A DNA stretch of 64,000 nucleotides from a virus (Duplodnaviria; Caudoviricetes), in the IMG/VR virus record IMGVR_UViG_3300044212_000014, positions 1 to 64,000 of that record; one strand, written 5' to 3'. A program made the translations under genes and the position numbers. Every line of letters begins with the position of its first letter. The first letter of the stretch is position 1. The notes below the pieces were generated by a model, which was not told the origin of the DNA, did no database searches, and was given only the letters and a program-made list of their open reading frames with translations. This document shows, in pieces, positions 10,801-16,609 of this stretch.

Positions 10801-13520
10801 AAGATTTAGCTCAAGCAGAACAGACAGAAAAACAGATGAGAGATTCTGGGCAATACCAAACGGTGAAGAGCGTAGCTGAAACTCCTAACGAAGACAATAT
10901 GGAATCTGGCCCAGCAACCACCGTATATGCGTTATCTGGTAGAAGTAAGGCGTTTACATCAGAAGAAAGTGCGAATAAATATGCAAATAGTATATATAAT
11001 ACAGAAATAAACGAAACGGTAAACTCAATATCTAATAAAGAATACTCTCAGAAAGATTCTACTCCTGTCGCAGAGGCATATAAAAAATACCGTGACCTTA
11101 TGGATGAAGTTTGGAATGAGATTGTATCTGCATCTACACAAAATAGACAGTACAGTCGAGTACCCAAGAAGGTATTTGGATATTATCCTCACCAGCATTT
11201 GCCATTCGTAATCTACGAGCAGGACAAAGCTGGTATTTGGCACAAAACAAACTCGTTCTATACGGTAAGAGAAGCTAATAAATACGTAAATGAAGTGAAT
11301 AAAAATGGTGGTAATGCTCAGTATGCAGAAATGTCTCCGTTCGATAGCATTATTATGAGACAGCAGATTAACAAAACGGACAATCTAACTCCCGAACAGT
11401 TACAAGAGCTAAAAGACAATGGGTTATTACGTACCCCAGAAGGGGATTACGAAGATTCTGAGAACCATAATAAGGCACTAAAGTCCGTATTTAATCCTTT
11501 GTTTAAAGATAGCGATACTGCTAAAATAGAAGATGTTATTAAAGCCGTTCATAAGGCCCAAAATAGGTCGTCAAATACATCTAGCCAAATATACAACAAT
11601 ACGGTAAAGGCCGCGCAAAACCAGATAAAATCAACGAATATTATTAAACAATTACAGAGAATAAAAGCTAAGCAAACAATAACACAGACTAAGTTAAATG
11701 ACATGATAAATCAGGCGAATATGCACCATAAATTCTACGGTAGCTTGCTAATGCAAACAGATGCTAAAGGGTATAGCCAGAATGTACAGAATACCGTCTA
11801 TAGATATTTAATGGGGGCGGCGAACTACTCTAGTAAAGAAAAATTTTTCTCAGAGGCTACTGCCACTTACTCAGACGTGTTCCATGGAGCAGACTTCAAA
11901 GATCAAGCGGTAACTCAAGAACAGAAGTTTTTGCAACAATACATAAGGGCTAATTATGCTCCGAATAGTGTAACTGCTCTTGATAACTTAATAGATGAAG
12001 CTATAACTTCAATTCCCGGCCTAGGGACTATTCTCCGTAGATTCTATTCCAATAAACCATACACTGATTTTGCTCGGTCTGCAATATCTATGCAGAATGT
12101 ATTAAAGCTAGGGATGTTCAACCCATCTTCCGCTTTCGTCCAGATGGCGCAGTTATTAAACGCCAATGCTAAACTCGGTGGAAACAAGTTGTTCGGAATG
12201 TCATCTTACTTTAGAAAAGGGTTAAACGGAGCGCTAATAGATCGAAACGAATCGAACGCCAAATATAAAGAGCTATATGATTATATCGGAGTAGATAACA
12301 AACACTTTGCTTTAGACTCTGAACTTATTGGTACAAAGCCCGGAATTATGGATAAAAAATTACTATTTGGGAAATCCCTAAATGATTTTGCAAATAAGTC
12401 CATGTTTTTCTTTAACTTGGGCGACCAAGGCGCTAGAAAGGCCACGGCAATAGGAGCTTACTTAAAGGGGCAAGACCAGTTTTCAGCGATATCAGCAGAG
12501 AATAAAAATAAAATGTTACAAAAAGCTACGGCAAAATGGGAATCAGCAAGGCGAAAGGCCATTGAGAATAAAGAAAGTTTCTCGGAAGCTAAGCCTACGA
12601 TGGATTCTATACGGAAAGATTTTACGTTTAAATATGCAAAAGATATCGTAACAGACACCAACTTTGACTATTCCGTAGTTAATACTCCGCTTGCAATGAC
12701 ACAGCTAGGGTTAACTGGGAAGTTATTACTACAGTTCAAAAAATACCCTATATTTACTCTTAACTTCCTGCGCCACAACAACATGGAAGAAAATGTTCGG
12801 TTCCTCGTCCCGATGATGGTATTATCTGGTGTACTAGGGATGCCAGCCGCCAACTTCTTTGACGATGCGTCGGACAAAATAACAGGGCATAGCCCAATAC
12901 TAGCAATGAAGAAAGCAATGATAACATGGGCTGGTGATAGCCCCACGAAGAAAGCACTTGTAAACGTTGCTATGTACGGTGCGCCATCTCTTGCCAACAT
13001 AAATCTCTCTGGTCGGATAGGATTAGGAGATGCAGTTGCACTTGATCTTGGGCCTACAGTAAGCACTATTGACAATATCTTGCAAGGTAGAGGAGTTGTA
13101 AAATCACTAGCTCCTAGAGCTGGTTCATTAGACTCTATTATCAGCGGAAAGTACGAGAATACTAAAGGAGATACGATAGCAAATCTATCTCCATATGACA
13201 GAATGTTAAAGGGGCTTGGATTTAAGCCTATTAGCGAAACGAACGCAAGTGATACTTCGCGGGTTCTTAACCAATACAAAGAGAAGTATAACCAAATAGT
13301 ATCTGAGGCAAAGAAGGAGTATGTCAAAAACCCAAACGCAGAGAACTATCAGGCCCTTGTTATTTATGGGGTACGGGAATCAGATATGGCTAAAATGTTA
13401 CAGACAAAAAATACGAGTACGGTAGACAAGCAGTTAAAATCGATTCCCAAACGTGGGACATCCGACGATACGAAAGACCTACAAGAACTAGCAAAAGCCG
13501 CACAAGGATTTACTAAATAA
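7851..13520 (+). CDS. Very large internal virion/DNA-ejection protein (1889 aa)
   Basis: N-terminal Gly/Ala-rich hydrophobic helices, a long coiled-coil middle and a C-terminal hydrophobic helical region. It is the last gene of the structural module. Confidence 0.55.
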   Translation: MANIYLDRVQQYTGDFNGVPQYGDGGYIDTAENSFLYGLGGSLNQLGTYTDQSLGMGAGMADFGSDLMTGRTPRREYSWNDMQEHPLDYATDPNGLLSSIASMAGSSLPGTVATLGATALIGATGGAAAAPLAAAVAEGSTLARALTIGGKVASSVMGAAVGGGIDSAIEGGQSYQQAIQQGQSQDQARQAMDTTFEGNVALSTAENLIGVGMLKNAAGVGSRLLGREVAGAAESEGSNLLNALADFGDKNFATRMATRGIPGSLAEGYTEGLQNEIQNYAVNGTDINYNPLNMDDDSKTQMAQAFFGMLPTGAVGAVGRSRRGNVVESSPEEGPIEQVAPQIAQQVAPVEGEINDNISQPIDNAPIEGEVSTDQDAQPYSFNDELQNYIANPTERDLSERESYNGNQADEMAYNQALANMANDNNIGQDVLNKDTVQEGDRDAIANQLVQSQELSGINDIDTARNVADLMIQRNSSDNLRNEAQSLLQQKADMGLTISDNETQNAAKANPDSVVVDQTRNDIRSAKERETLTPSQRVDRARELIQNDVAEKGVNSEFYTGNKKLSDNAKQRLDNLNVSPENSAITREIATQNAQVDQQTQAENTAKLKQYVPEIQNSLLNEGVNSKYYVPNGDISKLSPEVANTLQVNGEINPHISDRITKLSKNAERKQNAETEQATKEQALNKDLSLAQNISNINSFGISLDPNKLKKMSPSKRKKAIDSANNKISTRKERADVDLQSGLSPERNLEVQENDTTKSIVNHIASLSSNPESVEKAINNMTDKYLKYQKLNWSPVLSKFEKGKRDSAQKAIVKYMNYRVGKEPFVKRAVEQQQAEEVRTANEKIQKEMAKQHIVNPKQTATKSVLYGALQEILGKDSNNNNKRMSVMARLFNDPRNVFKEYLPRAMSVYDLADKARRRMEDTVQRYNGKFSDIYQGLGKKHTDELNKLVLYADQIHRDPVQVVGLDDGTHLVLTKDSYIEHFEDLAQAEQTEKQMRDSGQYQTVKSVAETPNEDNMESGPATTVYALSGRSKAFTSEESANKYANSIYNTEINETVNSISNKEYSQKDSTPVAEAYKKYRDLMDEVWNEIVSASTQNRQYSRVPKKVFGYYPHQHLPFVIYEQDKAGIWHKTNSFYTVREANKYVNEVNKNGGNAQYAEMSPFDSIIMRQQINKTDNLTPEQLQELKDNGLLRTPEGDYEDSENHNKALKSVFNPLFKDSDTAKIEDVIKAVHKAQNRSSNTSSQIYNNTVKAAQNQIKSTNIIKQLQRIKAKQTITQTKLNDMINQANMHHKFYGSLLMQTDAKGYSQNVQNTVYRYLMGAANYSSKEKFFSEATATYSDVFHGADFKDQAVTQEQKFLQQYIRANYAPNSVTALDNLIDEAITSIPGLGTILRRFYSNKPYTDFARSAISMQNVLKLGMFNPSSAFVQMAQLLNANAKLGGNKLFGMSSYFRKGLNGALIDRNESNAKYKELYDYIGVDNKHFALDSELIGTKPGIMDKKLLFGKSLNDFANKSMFFFNLGDQGARKATAIGAYLKGQDQFSAISAENKNKMLQKATAKWESARRKAIENKESFSEAKPTMDSIRKDFTFKYAKDIVTDTNFDYSVVNTPLAMTQLGLTGKLLLQFKKYPIFTLNFLRHNNMEENVRFLVPMMVLSGVLGMPAANFFDDASDKITGHSPILAMKKAMITWAGDSPTKKALVNVAMYGAPSLANINLSGRIGLGDAVALDLGPTVSTIDNILQGRGVVKSLAPRAGSLDSIISGKYENTKGDTIANLSPYDRMLKGLGFKPISETNASDTSRVLNQYKEKYNQIVSEAKKEYVKNPNAENYQALVIYGVRESDMAKMLQTKNTSTVDKQLKSIPKRGTSDDTKDLQELAKAAQGFTK

Positions 13521-13522
13521 TT

Positions 13523-13546
13523 GGGGGCGAAAGCCCCCTCTATCTT
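13523..13546 (+). terminator. GC hairpin (GGGGGC-GAAA-GCCCCC) after the ejection gene; possible terminator or processing site
   Basis: 6-bp stem with a GNRA loop; the U-tract is weak. Confidence 0.45.
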
Positions 13547-13557
13547 TGGAGGGATAG

Positions 13558-13944
13558 ATGGAAAACTTTCAGAGTATCATCCAGTTGTTATTGCTGTTCG
13601 GGGCCGCGCTTGGGGGTTTTAAGCAGTACATCCTAAAACCATATTTTGAGCATCGGGACGAAGAAAGAGCATGGCGAGAAAAATTGGAGAAAACAAAAGA
13701 GGAGAAGAACCTCGAAAAGGAAAGACGAGAGGACGAGAGAGCAAGGGCGGTTGGAGATAAATACCAGCAACTAGCAGAGAGTATAACGGAGTTGTCCGCA
13801 ATGGTTAGGACTATAACAGAAGACCAACATAACATTCATATAAACGAAACGAAAATAGAAGGTCGGTTATTATCTCACGACAAACGTATTGATGGATTAG
13901 AACATGATTATGAATGTTTACACAAGAAGGTGTATGATGAATAA
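13558..13944 (+). CDS. Membrane-anchored coiled-coil protein of the lysis cassette (holin-associated)
   Basis: N-terminal TM segment then a charged coiled coil; first gene of the lysis cassette. Confidence 0.5.
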   Translation: MENFQSIIQLLLLFGAALGGFKQYILKPYFEHRDEERAWREKLEKTKEEKNLEKERREDERARAVGDKYQQLAESITELSAMVRTITEDQHNIHINETKIEGRLLSHDKRIDGLEHDYECLHKKVYDE

Positions 13945-14275
13945 TATTTTAGAAAAAGGGAAGGGGATTCTCCAAAGCGCCGTATTAAAAATGACACAGA
14001 TACAGAAACCGCTATTATGGATAGCCGTAACATACGTGTTTGTCCTATTGCTAATAATTGTGGTTTGGATTTCATTCTGGTTTATTGATTACGCGCAATC
14101 TGGGGTAGCCAACTTACAGATTCTATTATCATTCTTTAATTCAATGAAAGACCCGACCATGGTTGGCTGTGTAACATTTATTCTAGGTCTATTTACAGAC
14201 AGAGATCATGACGGGGTGTTGGACATTAACGAAGAGGAATACGGAGGTAATAATGTACAAAGTAATAGACATTAG
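13934..14275 (+). CDS. Putative holin
   Basis: Two hydrophobic segments, acidic C-terminal DRDHDGVLD, immediately upstream of the endolysin. Confidence 0.6.
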   Translation: MMNNILEKGKGILQSAVLKMTQIQKPLLWIAVTYVFVLLLIIVVWISFWFIDYAQSGVANLQILLSFFNSMKDPTMVGCVTFILGLFTDRDHDGVLDINEEEYGGNNVQSNRH

Positions 14276-14846
14276 TGATTGGCAAGAAGGGATTAGTTTC
14301 CAGAGCATTGTGGACGATGGTATAAATGGAGTTATTATAAAGATAACAGAAGGCACCAGCATCACAGATAACTTCCATTCTTTTTTACAATCAGCCAAAG
14401 AATATAATATTCCGTGGGGAGTATACTGCTACGCTCACGCTCAAAACGTAGATGAAGCTACCGAGGAAGCAAACGAGGTGTTATATATCTTACAGGGAGA
14501 GGTACCCCCTATGGGTATATGGTATGACGTAGAAGACCCAGAATGCTTCGAAGATGGAGTAGACACAACCGCGGTATGCTCTGCTTTTATTGTGTATTGT
14601 AACGCCGCAGGTTATAAAGCTGGAATTTATACTTCGTCATTAAAATGTACCGCATACATGACAAACTCTATCAGACCAGACCTATTAGCTGATTATGTGA
14701 ACTATTGGATTGCCGATTATCGGGGATACAATGGGTTTAAACAGTCTTTCCCGTATAACGCCGTAGCTGGGTGGCAATATACAGAATCATATAACCTAGA
14801 TGGTAAAAATGTTGATATGAGTTATTGGTACGCCGAGCTAGAATAA
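14253..14846 (+). CDS. Endolysin, GH25 muramidase
   Basis: VIDISDWQ, GVYCY, WYDVE and WQYT motifs of glycosyl hydrolase family 25; GGAGG RBS. Confidence 0.9.
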   Translation: MYKVIDISDWQEGISFQSIVDDGINGVIIKITEGTSITDNFHSFLQSAKEYNIPWGVYCYAHAQNVDEATEEANEVLYILQGEVPPMGIWYDVEDPECFEDGVDTTAVCSAFIVYCNAAGYKAGIYTSSLKCTAYMTNSIRPDLLADYVNYWIADYRGYNGFKQSFPYNAVAGWQYTESYNLDGKNVDMSYWYAELE

Positions 14847-14856
14847 GGGGGCAATA

Positions 14857-15285
14857 ATGAATGTTAATACGAAGAAAGTTTGTTACATTATTGGTGTTAT
14901 TCTCATTGTTATCGCCTTCGGTATATTTATGCGCGGATACTATAGCGACAGAGCAGAATCAGACGGTAACGATGCAATTAACACAGTACAACAGATTGAA
15001 AGAAATAACCAATCAGCAAGAGATGAAAATACAGAAGCTAACAGCCTTAATGAATCTATTGGAACAGAACTCGACGCAGGACAAACAGACGTTAGTGGAG
15101 CTACAGAATCAGTTGGACGACTGCAAGACTCGGCTAGCGAACGCGCAGGAATTATTAGCCAAGCAAAAGATGGACTTGCAGACAGTCAACTACTTATTGA
15201 CGAAGAACGAAGCATCTTTGCAGACATTGACAGAGCAAATAAAATCACTACAGAACAAAATAGCGACACTCCGTCGTCAACGTGA
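14857..15285 (+). CDS. Putative i-spanin-like protein (N-terminal TM plus coiled coil)
   Basis: KK-then-hydrophobic N-terminus (YIIGVILIVIAFGIF), long helical tail, directly after the endolysin. Confidence 0.55.
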   Translation: MNVNTKKVCYIIGVILIVIAFGIFMRGYYSDRAESDGNDAINTVQQIERNNQSARDENTEANSLNESIGTELDAGQTDVSGATESVGRLQDSASERAGIISQAKDGLADSQLLIDEERSIFADIDRANKITTEQNSDTPSST

Positions 15286-15340
15286 CCTATATGCAATAGG
15301 GGCTGGCATCCTCGGAGCAATACTAATGACAAAAAGATAG
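14861..15340 (+). CDS. Putative second spanin subunit in an overlapping frame (signal peptide, coiled coil, C-terminal hydrophobic helix)
   Basis: RRK plus hydrophobic leader ending SVYLCA, heptad-rich body, C-terminal LYAIGAGILGAILM. It overlaps the previous ORF almost completely. Confidence 0.55.
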   Translation: MLIRRKFVTLLVLFSLLSPSVYLCADTIATEQNQTVTMQLTQYNRLKEITNQQEMKIQKLTALMNLLEQNSTQDKQTLVELQNQLDDCKTRLANAQELLAKQKMDLQTVNYLLTKNEASLQTLTEQIKSLQNKIATLRRQRDLYAIGAGILGAILMTKR

Positions 15341-15463
15341 CTCACAAGGGCGTACAACGAGTTATTGTTATTTGGGCATTAGATTATACCTAAGATATAG
15401 TAGACATGCTTTACTAGCCCTTCCAGTAAGGAAAACAGACAAAAAACAGCATTCAGTGCTTTT

Positions 15464-15489
15464 ACCCTCCCGTAAAAAGGAGGGTTTTT
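15464..15489 (+). terminator. Rho-independent terminator ending the lysis operon
   Basis: ACCCTCC-loop-GGAGGGT followed by TTTT. Confidence 0.75.
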
Positions 15490-15518
15490 ATTTGTCTGTA
15501 AAACTTTTAAAATAATAC

Positions 15519-15547
15519 TTGACAAAATGTTGTTTTTGTGTTATAAT
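15519..15547 (+). promoter_or_regulatory. sigmaA/sigma70 consensus promoter
   Basis: TTGACA-17 bp-TATAAT with extended TG. Confidence 0.85.
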
Positions 15548-15644
15548 ATGTTATGTAAAGAGATAAAATAGGATAAAACTATATATTGTATATTGACAGT
15601 AAAATAAGTGACGAAAAATCAATATATAGAATAAAATAAAATAC

Positions 15645-15673
15645 TTGACAAAAGATTTGTTTTATGGTATAAT
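15645..15673 (+). promoter_or_regulatory. sigmaA/sigma70 consensus promoter driving tRNA-Leu and the mini-tmRNA
   Basis: TTGACA-17 bp-TATAAT with extended TG. Confidence 0.85.
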
Positions 15674-15685
15674 ATAACTAACCGT

Positions 15686-15763
15686 GGGAGCATGGTGCAA
15701 CTGGCAGACACAACTGGTTTAAGCCCAGTACAATTAAGAGTTCGAATCTCTTTGCTCCTACCA
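15686..15763 (+). tRNA. tRNA-Leu(TAA) with a short variable region
   Basis: Acceptor GGGAGCA/TGCTCCT-A-CCA, anticodon arm ACTGG-tTTAAgc-CCAGT, T arm AAGAG-TTCGAAT-CTCTT. Confidence 0.9.
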
Positions 15764-15766
15764 CGC

Positions 15767-15850
15767 GGGGACGTGAATGGTTTCGACATGGAATAATGCC
15801 GCTTGACGGAGATTCTATGGACAAGGGTTCGAATCCCTTCGTCTCCACCA
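15767..15850 (+). ncRNA. Minimal tmRNA-like RNA: tRNA-like domain only, with no tag reading frame
   Basis: Acceptor GGGGACG/CGTCTCC-A-CCA with the G3.U70 alanine determinant, tmRNA-type unpaired D loop ending TTTCGAC, helix ATGGAAT/ATTCTAT closed by a short hairpin, GGAC linker, canonical T arm; only 84 nt long. Confidence 0.8.
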
Positions 15851-16304
15851 ACAAAAAAATTGAATAAAGCCTCATCGGTAGAAAGGTTTACTTATAAGTG
15901 AGGAAGATACGTGGCGAAGAGATGCAAACCGCTTAAAAATAACATTTCGGAATTAACACTCCGAGGAATTGCCGTTAGATGGTGGGGGAGTTTCCCTGTT
16001 TTATGATTGCTGGATAGAGAAAGATATTCAGCGCCCATCCTAGATGTAACCGTCCTGTTGACCATTGGTCAGGCAAGGAACGCGAAACTTAGTTGAGTTA
16101 CGAGATAAAGGCAGACCTAGGCTCGTTATTAGCGTTTAATCATACTTCAAACTGAAATACGGAGTATCCTTGTTCCCCCATTAGTGGGGGGCAAGTATCA
16201 CCTTCTCCTAAAGCCGGAGTACCTACAGAGCCTTTCCCAAATCCCTTAGACCTTAATCAATAAAAGAATTAAAACCCGTCCCTTCCGTCACTTGAACTTA
16301 GTCC

Positions 16305-16333
16305 TTGACAAATCACTTAGGGTGTGGTATAAT
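16305..16333 (+). promoter_or_regulatory. sigmaA promoter for the replication module
   Basis: TTGACA-17 bp-TATAAT with extended TG. Confidence 0.85.
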
Positions 16334-16378
16334 ACAGATATTCGAGACATGAAGTTATCAGAGAAAAGGAGATACAGG

Positions 16379-16609
16379 ATGGATACAAGACAAAGACGGA
16401 GAAGATACCCAAAGGGAGATTCCTTTCATAAAGGACTAACGCACGAGGTTAGAAAACAGCACATTCACTACATGACGGATGACCAGTATTTAAAAATAAC
16501 AAAATGCCAAGACAAGGGTTGCCCAATATTCTCTGGTTTTAGGTATTGCGACGCAGAAAGATATTTAAAACGGTATTACGTATATGGATGGAATGGAGAA
16601 AAAATATGA
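16379..16609 (+). CDS. Small basic hypothetical protein
   Basis: AGGAGA RBS; its stop overlaps the dnaE start. Confidence 0.55.
   Translation: MDTRQRRRRYPKGDSFHKGLTHEVRKQHIHYMTDDQYLKITKCQDKGCPIFSGFRYCDAERYLKRYYVYGWNGEKI

Noticed and set aside
12668-13327. Long antisense ORFs (this 219-aa one, 21811-22299, 18099-18440, 55106-55564, 55305-55697 and others)
   Set aside because: They are shadows of well-supported genes or overlap the ribozyme/promoter tract, with no RBS and no protein-like motifs
15767-15850. attP remnant of ssrA, permuted two-piece tmRNA, or tRNA-Ser(TGA)
   Set aside because: Both tmRNA ends are present in normal order, no integrase is visible in the window, and the UGA-containing loop lacks a 5-bp anticodon stem and there is no D stem
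16055-16090. SRP RNA-like GGTCAGG..AAGGAA motif
   Set aside because: The helix-8 tetraloop stem and the AGCA motif are missing; likely coincidental
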